In this document: one piece after another, positions 18,668-27,037 of the stretch
How the letters are laid out: each line of letters begins with the position of its first letter
Position numbering within the stretch: the stretch's first letter is position 1
DNA from: a virus
Lineage: Duplodnaviria; Heunggongvirae; Uroviricota; Caudoviricetes
Strand: one strand, 5' to 3'
IMG/VR virus record: IMGVR_UViG_2695420685_000015
Length of the DNA: 50,864 bases
Position numbers and translations under genes: made by a program
The notes under the pieces: generated by a model
Seen by the model: only the letters and a program-made list of their open reading frames with translations
Databases searched by the model: none
Told to the model about the DNA's origin: nothing

Positions 18668-18730
18668 AACAATTTGTTTTCTGCCTTTATCTCGCTGCGA
18701 TAATTACAACAACAAGAAAACAACATGTTT
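18668..18730 (+). promoter_or_regulatory. class-A promoter/operator copy 8 (both palindrome copies)
   Basis: AACAATTTGTTTT at 18668-18680, TGcGATAAT, AGAAAACAACATGTTT at 18715-18730. Confidence 0.55.
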
Positions 18731-18749
18731 ACGCAGTGAGGATATGCTC

Positions 18750-19031
18750 ATGACTGATTTCACCATTACCACCAAAGCACAAAATGTATTCCTCGAATCA
18801 TGGCTGGACTTGCCGGAAACAGAACAGCAAGAAATGGATCATGTGGATTATGATGAGCAGGTAAGCACGCGATTCTTCCACTTTGAGGGATGCGTTTACG
18901 ACATTGCCGACTTCATGCGAGATGACCGCTTCCCTGAATGGCACGCAAGCTATCCACTAAACGCCTTTGCCATGCTGATGATCCGTGTGGATGATTCAGG
19001 GGATACCATCGACATCGGTCTGCTCCACTGA
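18750..19031 (+). CDS. hypothetical protein
   Basis: Second ATG (18750) has GAGGAT RBS at proper spacing; 93 aa. Confidence 0.5.
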   Translation: MTDFTITTKAQNVFLESWLDLPETEQQEMDHVDYDEQVSTRFFHFEGCVYDIADFMRDDRFPEWHASYPLNAFAMLMIRVDDSGDTIDIGLLH

Positions 19032-19081
19032 AGAATAAGGTCACCAATGCTGGTGGCCTTAAATGACCATCCTGCTTCCCT

Positions 19082-19160
19082 CAGGCTAAAAACACCAACC
19101 TCTTACCTCCAGGCAACCGACAAACCCACCTGTTCCCGTCCGGCTACCGCAACTTTCCAC
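19082..19160 (+). repeat. partial second copy of the A+C-rich tract
   Basis: caggctaaaaacaccaacctcttacctccaggcaaccgacaaacccacct...ggctaccgcaactttccac resembles 16185-16246 (caggctaccgaaaagacccacctcttctccccaggctaccggacagccaacctaactttcac). Confidence 0.5.
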
Positions 19161-19182
19161 TTTGACGCCTTATTCGTACAAC

Positions 19183-19215
19183 GATAATTAACACAAACAA
19201 GAAAACAATTTGTTA
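19183..19215 (+). promoter_or_regulatory. class-A promoter/operator copy 9
   Basis: GATAAT at 19183-19188 then AGAAAACAATTTGTTA at 19200-19215. Confidence 0.55.
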
Positions 19216-19235
19216 TTTACGATAAGGAATTAATC

Positions 19236-19718
19236 ATGAATTTTATCGCTACTGTAAACGCACCCGCACATGGCAATATCGCTGTAACGTTCTCTGACAT
19301 TGAAAAACGAGTACTTGGTGCATGGCGCGACAATGAGACGGTAGAACTGTCAGCACAAGAAAAATGCATTATTGCACGCGACATCATTGGCAATCGTCGT
19401 TACTCGCGGGTATTTGAGAAAGCGTATGTGGTAAATTCTGGATTCGGAACGTTCGTCTTTCCGGTGCGCTCCGGGCGATTCTGCCAGTCCAAGCTGATTG
19501 AGTTCGCTACGCAGATTTCTTTCTGGATTAAAACTCAATCGTCGTTCAAATTTTCCGACGATGAAGCAGTATCGCAGGGGATGCGGATCGCCAACAATGC
19601 GATTAAATGCAAAAACATTACGTATACCGCTGGCGTTGACACATGGAAACTGTTTTGCGCTAACTTTATGCTGAATGTATACGCAAGCAACCGCATCCAC
19701 ATCCTTGATGGCGTGTAA
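19236..19718 (+). CDS. hypothetical protein
   Basis: ATG with AAGGAAT RBS; 160 aa; terminator-like hairpin agggccagaaacggccct downstream. Confidence 0.55.
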   Translation: MNFIATVNAPAHGNIAVTFSDIEKRVLGAWRDNETVELSAQEKCIIARDIIGNRRYSRVFEKAYVVNSGFGTFVFPVRSGRFCQSKLIEFATQISFWIKTQSSFKFSDDEAVSQGMRIANNAIKCKNITYTAGVDTWKLFCANFMLNVYASNRIHILDGV

Positions 19719-19726
19719 CTGAGAAG

Positions 19727-19856
19727 AGGGCCAGAAACGGCCCTTTATCTATAGCCACCAGCTGCCGCAGGGAAATTTTCAGAAACGGCGAGGAAAGCAT
19801 TCATGAGCCGACGGGAAACGGCCAGGATTTTTTCGGGAAACGGCTGCATTCGCCTT
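19727..19856. repeat. second iteron-like repeat cluster (GGAAACGGC family)
   Basis: ccagaaacggccc, cagggaaattttcagaaacggcgagg, cgggaaacggccagg, cgggaaacggctgcattcgcc; last unit closely matches cagggaaaaggctgcatccc at 16824. Confidence 0.55.
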
Positions 19857-20304
19857 TATGTAGAAAAAACATCGGGAAGCTGGTGGAATCCAACCAGCGG
19901 TTGTCGGACAGGTGAGCGGGGAAAATTATGATGACTTTCGTCGCCTGAGACATCCAGATTTCTTTCGTAGCATAATCACATACGTGATTAAGTGGTGTGA
20001 TTATGTGAAAAATCACGCGCACATAATACGCGAGCGGATACGGAACAAAACAAAATGCCGATCCGCGCCGACAAATAAACGCGGATCATAAAGCAAGACT
20101 AAAAGCCAATGATTAACCATACTCTATAGCGCAATATAACGCGTTTTAAGCGCGTTAATGTGTTAAGTAATGGGTATGTACTGGTAAGGATATAAAAGCG
20201 CGTCTATGGCGTTATTTTGGCGCTTATTTTTATGTTGTTGGAGTGAGTTAAAGACAATAAAAAACGCGCTAATGATGGCGCGTTATGGTGGGAGTATTGG
20301 AAAC

Positions 20305-20335
20305 GAAAAAAGCGCCCATAGTGGGCGCTCGATTT
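20305..20335 (-). terminator. terminator with conserved AGCGCCCA-yrT-GGGCGCT hairpin
   Basis: aaaaaagcgcccatagtgggcgctcgatttta; A/T runs on both sides; same stem sequence recurs at 20806-20824. Confidence 0.6.
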
Positions 20336-20565
20336 TATTTGTGTAAACTGATTTTAAATCCCATTTCTACAAACGCTTTTAACATTAAAAATATATCAGC
20401 GTCGTTCACGTCTGCTTTTTTTCGCTCCTGGTCGCTCAATAAGTCAATTTTGCGCGTCGTTTCATCTATAAGCTCGACTGCGCGCCCAGCGTAACCAGCG
20501 ATCCCAGCGATGCGATTAACATAATATTCATTATGGACGTTAACGCCAGCGATAAGAACAAACAT
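20335..20565 (-). CDS. hypothetical protein
   Basis: ATG with AAGGAG RBS; 76 aa; AT-rich local composition. Confidence 0.55.
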   Translation of the reverse strand: MFVLIAGVNVHNEYYVNRIAGIAGYAGRAVELIDETTRKIDLLSDQERKKADVNDADIFLMLKAFVEMGFKISLHK

Positions 20566-20584
20566 GATTAAGCTCCTTAAAAAA

Positions 20585-20788
20585 TTAAATAGAATTTTGA
20601 AGTTTTCCGATTAATGCGCTTAAACGTAAGTATTCACGTTTGCGCTTGCAATCTCGCTTGCTGTTAAGCAAATCAGAAAACGTAAAATTTAATTGGTCGC
20701 GTTGCGCGATCAAATCATCGATTAATTCCAGTTTATAAGCGCGATACTTTGCGCGATATTCCGCGCGGATCTTGTCATAGCTGACCAT
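20585..20788 (-). CDS. hypothetical small basic protein
   Basis: Start moved to second ATG (20788) with AAAGGAG RBS because the track N-terminus runs through the conserved hairpin; 67 aa. Confidence 0.5.
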   Translation of the reverse strand: MVSYDKIRAEYRAKYRAYKLELIDDLIAQRDQLNFTFSDLLNSKRDCKRKREYLRLSALIGKLQNSI

Positions 20789-20805
20789 CTTTAAAGCTCC
20801 TTTAA

Positions 20806-20824
20806 AGCGCCCACTATGGGCGCT
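20806..20824 (-). repeat. second copy of conserved hairpin AGCGCCCAyTrTGGGCGCT
   Basis: agcgcccactatgggcgct between genes 20837-21487 and 20585-20788. Confidence 0.5.
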
Positions 20825-20836
20825 TGATTCCATTTA

Positions 20837-21487
20837 TTACGCTTTGAAAGCATCAGCTAAATAATTGTAGAAATCATTTTTAATGAAGCGATATTGCTGA
20901 GTACCAGCTTTCGCGCTCCCAGCTCCTTTGACTTTTTCAACAAGTCCAAGACGTTCGCAAAGATTGATCAACTGGTTGGCTTGAGTATAGCCAGCGTCCA
21001 ATTTAATTTCACACGCTTTTTTAGCTTCATTCATTAAATCGAAAACAGCGCCATTGGTGAACGTGTCGATCTCGTCGTTAATCATATCGATTAAAGCGAA
21101 TACACGAGATCCTGACATATCAGCGATGGAATAAACGCATTTACCAGATTTAATTGATTTAACCAGATAAACCAGTTTTTCCAGAGAATAACTATTAGTC
21201 ATTGCATCACGGAAAAATACTTCTGGCGCTTGTTTGCTTGCTTTAATCGCATAGTAGAAAACAGAGCATAATTTTTCGTCTTCTACTGCGTTTACGACGT
21301 TGTTGATGAAGTAAGCAAGTTTAGTGGTCGCAGCTTGCATATTTGCTTTGTCTGCTTTAGTGTGCGTACCATTTTTATAATGTTCGTTATATGTTTGAGT
21401 TGCCAGATCTGCTTTTTCGCGCAGTTCATCGGATACAATGGAAGCAGCTTCAATGATGGATTTTTTAGAAATGATAATGTTAGCCAT
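20837..21487 (-). CDS. hypothetical protein, possible C-terminal winged-helix DNA-binding domain
   Basis: ATG with AAGGAAAAA RBS; 216 aa; C-terminal LINLCERLGLVEKVKGAGSAKAGTQQYRFIKN looks winged-helix-like (weak). Confidence 0.5.
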   Translation of the reverse strand: MANIIISKKSIIEAASIVSDELREKADLATQTYNEHYKNGTHTKADKANMQAATTKLAYFINNVVNAVEDEKLCSVFYYAIKASKQAPEVFFRDAMTNSYSLEKLVYLVKSIKSGKCVYSIADMSGSRVFALIDMINDEIDTFTNGAVFDLMNEAKKACEIKLDAGYTQANQLINLCERLGLVEKVKGAGSAKAGTQQYRFIKNDFYNYLADAFKA

Positions 21488-21734
21488 GATAATTTTTCCT
21501 TATGTAAATTTAAAATTTATTGTCGTTAGCGTCTTCGCTTTCGACGAGTTCAATTATCGATACGCGAAAAAAGATTGCAAGTGTTTTTTTTAAAATTTTT
21601 TGCAGGGATGAAAGTCCTAGAAATAAAAGCGAGATCGTCGAAGGTGTTCCCTAAATAAATAATCGATTGCGGCTTTAGACCTTATATATATTTAGGTTAT
21701 TTGATTTGTAGATATAAAGAAGTGATGTGAAAAA

Positions 21735-21758
21735 TAATAACCGGACTTAGCCGGTTAT
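21735..21758 (-). terminator. rho-independent terminator (minus strand)
   Basis: aataaccggacttagccggttatt with T-run on the minus strand. Confidence 0.6.
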
Positions 21759-21771
21759 TAACCTTATAGAT

Positions 21772-22080
21772 TTATTGAACAGACTCTACAGCCTTACGAT
21801 TGGTGTCAAATAGCGCATCAACGAACTGTGCCGATGACTCGCTAGATTCGCAATCCAACATTGCCCTTTCTTCATTTGCCACTTTCTTACACAGTTCCAC
21901 ATTCTCACCTATCGCTTTTCCTGCTTTTACGGCTGCCGAAAATTGATACATGCAAACTGATACATTCTGAGACGTTGAGCACACGTCATTCATCAGCGAC
22001 TGAATGACAGGCTTATAGTCCATTGCATTTGCCGCAACTGAGCAAAGTAAAAATAATGGTGGTAACAATATCGATTTCAT
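21772..22080 (-). CDS. predicted secreted/periplasmic protein
   Basis: N-terminal signal peptide MKSILLPPLFLLCSVAANA; 102 aa. Confidence 0.55.
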   Translation of the reverse strand: MKSILLPPLFLLCSVAANAMDYKPVIQSLMNDVCSTSQNVSVCMYQFSAAVKAGKAIGENVELCKKVANEERAMLDCESSESSAQFVDALFDTNRKAVESVQ

Positions 22081-22083
22081 AAC

Positions 22084-22608
22084 TCAAAAAGGCAAAATTC
22101 GTTCAACCCAATCGAACAAAACAACTATTTTTCTACCGTTCTCGACACGTAGTGTAACCTGACAAGCATCTGCGCCTGCTGACACCCCCTCAATTTCACG
22201 GCCATCCGCCATGTACACCCTTATAGATTTGTTTGCTTTGTAGGCTTGGTTGCAAATTGCAAAAAAATCGCGGCGTGATGGCCGATTATCGACATAATCA
22301 GGGTGAACTGTTAGTCGACCTTTGAAATCGTGAGCGATACTGTCAACCACACCTGATTCAATTGTACTAATGCGTTCAAGTGGGAGCCTTATACGATTTT
22401 CTTTGTCAAAAGGGGCTGGGCAAAGGTCAACTTTGTTACGAGATGGCATGAGGCCATAAACGTACATGCAAAACGCCTGGCCATCTTCGAGAGTGACCCT
22501 TACAGGAATTTGTTCTCTGCGCCAGAACATCAGTAGTTTTTCAACGTTAGTGTAATCTCGCGGCCAGAGTTCAGCTTGGATACCGTAGGTAATATCTTTG
22601 GTTGTCAT
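22084..22608 (-). CDS. hypothetical protein
   Basis: Start set at MTTKD ATG 5 nt after upstream stop (track start 22686 overlaps upstream gene); 174 aa. Confidence 0.5.
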   Translation of the reverse strand: MTTKDITYGIQAELWPRDYTNVEKLLMFWRREQIPVRVTLEDGQAFCMYVYGLMPSRNKVDLCPAPFDKENRIRLPLERISTIESGVVDSIAHDFKGRLTVHPDYVDNRPSRRDFFAICNQAYKANKSIRVYMADGREIEGVSAGADACQVTLRVENGRKIVVLFDWVERILPF

Positions 22609-22612
22609 GTCA

Positions 22613-23077
22613 TCACAGAGTTGTTGGCAGAATGTCGATGTCACCAGAATTGCTGGTGAACACCCTGAACGCTTTTGTGTCTCCATTCTTCAGAGTCGTT
22701 TCTCGCTCTTGACGAGCGGGGTTTAGAGCACATAAACCTGCACCTTCAAGAGATGCACCCACAATTAATTCTCCGGCATTTAAATGGAAAGTCGCTTTTT
22801 CGCCTGTAGCCAGTTTTGCGACAGTTTCGCCGTTGATGAAAATGGAAGCATCACATCCAGCTCCTACAAAACCTGTGTCTCTCATTACCACCAACGTAGC
22901 TGGCGCTGCGCTTTGATACTTGAACACTTTGGCCTGCGGTGCTGGTTTGGCGTCATGGATTGATATTGGGCGTGATTGGCACGCGGTAAGCATCAACACT
23001 GGTAACGTTAGTAGAGGGAGAAGCGAGTATTTCATGATAGTTTTAGAACAGAAAGTGAACAGTATGGGAGACTTCAT
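22613..23077 (-). CDS. predicted lipoprotein
   Basis: MKYSLLPLLTLPVLMLTAC signal peptide with LTAC lipobox; start may be ATG 23035 rather than 23077. Confidence 0.6.
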   Translation of the reverse strand: MKSPILFTFCSKTIMKYSLLPLLTLPVLMLTACQSRPISIHDAKPAPQAKVFKYQSAAPATLVVMRDTGFVGAGCDASIFINGETVAKLATGEKATFHLNAGELIVGASLEGAGLCALNPARQERETTLKNGDTKAFRVFTSNSGDIDILPTTL

Positions 23078-23103
23078 CTTTGTCTCCCTAATTGATAGCG
23101 TGA

Positions 23104-23382
23104 TTATTTTAATCTGCTTAATAGCGTTTCGAGATCTTCCTTTGTCATATTAGAGTTCTCATAGATACGCATGATTTTCTCACGAGTCTTAGCGGAAGCC
23201 CCGACAGAAGATATAACCTTGTCAAAGTCGGCCATTGTCAATTGTTCCAGAATGGTATTTATGACTTCAGCCTTAGACATTTTGATATTTTTTTCTTTTA
23301 GTTTCACTTGAAACTTTCCAAGTTTGTCATTGGCCTTATCAGACAATGCTACCTGACAATAAGTTGTTTTCTTTTCGCTCAT
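23104..23382 (-). CDS. small hypothetical protein, possibly ribbon-helix-helix DNA-binding
   Basis: 92 aa, immediately downstream of helicase; N-terminal beta-strand plus helix pattern is only suggestive. Confidence 0.4.
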   Translation of the reverse strand: MSEKKTTYCQVALSDKANDKLGKFQVKLKEKNIKMSKAEVINTILEQLTMADFDKVISSVGASAKTREKIMRIYENSNMTKEDLETLLSRLK

Positions 23383-23384
23383 AA

Positions 23385-24944
23385 CTAATCTCGTTTCAGA
23401 ACTCCAAAATCGAATGCTCCATCAATAGGCAATACACCTTCTGCAAAGCCAGGTGTGGTGTCGATGATGTGTTTTCGCTCATAAGAGTGAGACAACAGGT
23501 ATTTGTTGCTAATGTCAATGAAATCAGTGATAAAACACACGTTTGCCTGATTTTTTTTGGCTCGTAAGCCACGACCGACACGCTGCCTCATTTCAACTTC
23601 TGCTTTCCCACCACCAGCAAGAATGACCGCACCAACGCTTGGCACATCAACACCGACATCCAGAATAGTCGAGCCTATTAAAACATCTATTTCTCCAGAC
23701 GCTAAACTGTTCAGCTTTGCTTGCCTTGTCGCCTGGTTAGATTCCCCATAGATGAAGTCAACTCTAAGGCCGGACTCTTTCATCATTTCCATCAGGATTT
23801 GCCCGTGGCGTTTAAGACGAACCAGAGTCATACAATTGAGAGAATGTTGCTTATAGAGCAATGCTTCGCGAACAATGGCCTCGTTACGTCCCAAATTATA
23901 CACGATCCCCAACTGATAAGCCTTTTGGTAGGCGGTGCTCATACCAACTCTAAAATTGAGGTGTTTGTTGGCAAGTTCGGCCTTGATTCTGGCCTCGTCT
24001 GGCTTGTAGGCAACTTTATGATAAAGGAAGTACGGCTTTGCCAGAATGCCTCGATCAATCAGGTACTTTTCTGTGACTTTAATTTCAATTCGCCCGGCCA
24101 CCGCCATCAGGCGCATGTTGGCTTCCGTCGAATCCTTCATGAACGGCGTGGCTGTAAGCGCCAGACGATAGTCTGCGTTCACACATAATCTGGCGATGTC
24201 ATAGAAATTTGAGCCTGAAGACTCATGCGCCTCTTCCAGAATAAGAAGAGAGACACTTGAAAGGAAGCGTTTCACCAACTCCCGACGTTTGAGGTGGTAG
24301 CTTTTCTTATCTGGTGTTGCATCGCGTGGTGGTTCTTCGAGGAAACTTGCAAGAGTTTGAACTGTAGCGACGTTGATATGTCGTGATACCTGGAACTCAC
24401 CCGAGCCAATGACTCCAACCTTTTGGTCTTTTAACCACGGTTCGCCATTTTCGGCGCGGTAGTCGATGGATCTCTGGAAGTTTTCGGCCATTTGAAACAT
24501 CAGAACAGAGCGGGTTGTTAAAAATAATGTCATTCGACCGATACGTGCAGCTGCTTTGCAGGCAACGTTAGATTTCCCGCCACCAGTAGCGATCTGCGCA
24601 ATCATCATTCCCTCTCGAACCAGTGTTTCCACAGTCTGATCCTGATACGCATAATCAGGATTGTATGGGAATGGGTTAACCGCCGGATTTGGTTTACCAA
24701 GCGCCGGGGCTTTGTCTTTGCGGATATGAACACATTTGATGCCCGCCTTGTTCAAGTTCGCCGCTACAGGCTTGGCAAAGCCAGCAGGGAACGAGTTTTT
24801 ACTCCAGTTGAACATCGTGCTTGTGCCCTTCCAGTCGCCAGTCTCGACTTCGTAGCTCAACATTTGCTGCACCAGTTGCTTTACCTTGTCATCTGCGCCA
24901 GAAATAAGCGCATTTACTGCGTTAGATACAATCCGAACAGTCAT
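23385..24944 (-). CDS. superfamily-2 DEAD/DEAH-type helicase
   Basis: Walker A ATGGGKS, motif II LILEEAHES, motif III LTATP, motif VI QRVGRGLR; AAGGAAAGAGG RBS. Confidence 0.85.
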   Translation of the reverse strand: MTVRIVSNAVNALISGADDKVKQLVQQMLSYEVETGDWKGTSTMFNWSKNSFPAGFAKPVAANLNKAGIKCVHIRKDKAPALGKPNPAVNPFPYNPDYAYQDQTVETLVREGMMIAQIATGGGKSNVACKAAARIGRMTLFLTTRSVLMFQMAENFQRSIDYRAENGEPWLKDQKVGVIGSGEFQVSRHINVATVQTLASFLEEPPRDATPDKKSYHLKRRELVKRFLSSVSLLILEEAHESSGSNFYDIARLCVNADYRLALTATPFMKDSTEANMRLMAVAGRIEIKVTEKYLIDRGILAKPYFLYHKVAYKPDEARIKAELANKHLNFRVGMSTAYQKAYQLGIVYNLGRNEAIVREALLYKQHSLNCMTLVRLKRHGQILMEMMKESGLRVDFIYGESNQATRQAKLNSLASGEIDVLIGSTILDVGVDVPSVGAVILAGGGKAEVEMRQRVGRGLRAKKNQANVCFITDFIDISNKYLLSHSYERKHIIDTTPGFAEGVLPIDGAFDFGVLKRD

Positions 24945-24986
24945 AAACCTCTTTCCTTAGTGCCTTTTGTATGTTATTTGGCTATT

Positions 24987-25007
24987 ATAATAAGTAAGTG
25001 ATTACAT
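24987..25007. promoter_or_regulatory. class-B-like element in divergent helicase/ParB region
   Basis: ataataagtaagtgattacat, 20 nt upstream of ATG 25027. Confidence 0.35.
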
Positions 25008-25026
25008 AGTGGATTGTAGCAATAAA

Positions 25027-25707
25027 ATGGATGTAAAAATCACGATTTTGCAGGTTGATGTTGCCAACCTTCGCCCGAATACCTGGAACACCAATTCGGT
25101 TGGTGCGCAGAATTTTGAAAAACTGAAAGGTTCTATCGAAAAATTGGGCTTTTTTAAGCCAATTTTGGCTCGTGAACTTGAAGATGGATTTTTTGAAATC
25201 CTCGGCGGCGAACATCGCTGGCGTGCTGCTATTGAGCAAGGAATTTCAACGGTTCCGGTGCTTTCTGTGGGCAAAATTAGCGATGTCGTAGCTAAACAGA
25301 TGTCACTGGTGGACAACGAGCGATACGGTGAAGACGACCAAATCGCATTGCAACGCTTCATTGAAGAAATTCAGTCAGAACTTGACTATCAACTGTCTGA
25401 AATCGCCCCGTATGACGACGAAATCTCGATGGTTTTAGCAAAAGAGGCGGCAATCGACCTTGAAGCACTGGAGGCGTTGTCTCGTGGTAGTGATGAGCCT
25501 GTCGATACCGACAAACGAGAGAAAACCGAACGTGTGGGTGCGGAACATCAGACCATGCGCTTCAAAGTAACTTTCGATGCGTCAGATCGTGTTGCAGAAA
25601 CCATAAAAAACATCATCAAAGAGCAGGCTATTAACACCGGTAATGAAATGGAGAACGCTGGTGAGGCTCTGGTGTGGCTGGTCGACTACTACAAGGAGCG
25701 TATGTAA
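25027..25707 (+). CDS. ParB-like nuclease-domain protein 1
   Basis: ParB/Srx N-domain pattern KPILARELEDGFFEILGGEHRWRAAIEQGISTVPV; start ambiguous (GTG 25009 or ATG 25027). Confidence 0.6.
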   Translation: MDVKITILQVDVANLRPNTWNTNSVGAQNFEKLKGSIEKLGFFKPILARELEDGFFEILGGEHRWRAAIEQGISTVPVLSVGKISDVVAKQMSLVDNERYGEDDQIALQRFIEEIQSELDYQLSEIAPYDDEISMVLAKEAAIDLEALEALSRGSDEPVDTDKREKTERVGAEHQTMRFKVTFDASDRVAETIKNIIKEQAINTGNEMENAGEALVWLVDYYKERM

Positions 25708-26375
25708 TGACCAAAAAGTTTGAAATCGTATATCGCGACCCGGCAGATCTTATTCCCTATGAGATGAATGCCAAAAAGCATGATGAACAGCAGATCCGAG
25801 ATCTAGCCGCAGCCATTAAAAAGCGCGGATTTGACCAGCCAATTACGGTCGATAAGAACGACGTAATTATTACTGGCCACGGCCGCCGTGAGGCTGCAAT
25901 TTTTGCTGGACTTGAGCGCGTACCGGTTATTGTTCGCGATGATCTCAGTGATGACGAGGTTCGTGCGAAGCGCCTTGAAGATAACCGACTTGCCAGCATT
26001 GATTACGATGCAATTAAGCTACAGAAAGAGCTTGAGTCGCTTGTTCTGGACGATATCGAGGTTTTCGGCTTTGAAGAGCGTGAGTTGAATGTTCTCGTTG
26101 GCAGTATGACAGAAGAAATGGACACCGACTCGCTAGTTATCGATCTTGGCGAAGAAACTAAACGACAGAAGGATGAACACACCGAGATCAGTCGTGAAGT
26201 TGCAGCGGAAGAAGTACGTGTTGTCGACGTATTGGGCTTTAAAACGCTCCCTGCTGGCTCTGCCATTGTTGTTGGTGATTTGCTTGCCCACATGGAAGAA
26301 ATGACGGGAGAAAGCGGGGTAGACGCATTTGTGGCATATGCGGAGAAGATCTCTTCCGGGGAGATGGCTGCATGA
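25707..26375 (+). CDS. ParB-like nuclease-domain protein 2
   Basis: ATG overlaps upstream TAA; ITVDKNDVIITGHGRREAAIFAGLERVPVIV fits the ParB GxxRxxA box. Confidence 0.6.
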   Translation: MTKKFEIVYRDPADLIPYEMNAKKHDEQQIRDLAAAIKKRGFDQPITVDKNDVIITGHGRREAAIFAGLERVPVIVRDDLSDDEVRAKRLEDNRLASIDYDAIKLQKELESLVLDDIEVFGFEERELNVLVGSMTEEMDTDSLVIDLGEETKRQKDEHTEISREVAAEEVRVVDVLGFKTLPAGSAIVVGDLLAHMEEMTGESGVDAFVAYAEKISSGEMAA

Positions 26376-27037
26376 GCAAATACATCATCAACGTATCGTT
26401 TCAGACACGCGTAAATAAAACCACGCGCACGTTGGAAATCGCTGAGTCGTTCGGGCTTGGCCTGGACGAAAAAGAGTGGACGCTTTACGACAATCTGGAG
26501 CTGGAAGTGAAGCAGGGCGATGTGGTGTACATCACCGGCCAATCCGGTTCCGGCAAATCCGTTGTGCTGCGCGAGTTGCAACGACAGATGAAGGATGAAG
26601 GGCTGTCTGTAGCCTCCATCGATGATTTTACCTTCGATAATGAGGTTAACGTCATCGATCAGTTGGGCAAAACGACCAGTGATGCGCTTGGGTTGTTATC
26701 TATGGCTGGTCTGAACGATGCATATCTGTTTGTTCGCAAGCCTTCTGAAATGTCAGACGGCCAGAAATATCGTCTCAAGATTGCCAAACTGATTGAGTCA
26801 GGCGCTAAAGTGTGGGCTGCTGACGAGTTCGGCGCTGTTCTCGACCGTGTAACCGCTCAGGTTGTGGCGTCTAACCTCCAGCGTGCCGCTCGAAAGGTTG
26901 GTGCGACGGTAATGGTGGCGACGACTCACGAAGACCTGAAGAACGCGCTGCGCCCGGATATGCAGATCACCAAGCACTACAAAGAACGCGTGAAGGTGGA
27001 ATATCACAATGGTAGTCACGATGAGGTCCATTCATGA
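26372..27037 (+). CDS. ABC-type P-loop ATPase
   Basis: Walker A GQSGSGKS, signature-like MSDGQKYRLKIA, Walker B VWAADEFG; 221 aa; coupled ATGA start. Confidence 0.65.
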   Translation: MSKYIINVSFQTRVNKTTRTLEIAESFGLGLDEKEWTLYDNLELEVKQGDVVYITGQSGSGKSVVLRELQRQMKDEGLSVASIDDFTFDNEVNVIDQLGKTTSDALGLLSMAGLNDAYLFVRKPSEMSDGQKYRLKIAKLIESGAKVWAADEFGAVLDRVTAQVVASNLQRAARKVGATVMVATTHEDLKNALRPDMQITKHYKERVKVEYHNGSHDEVHS

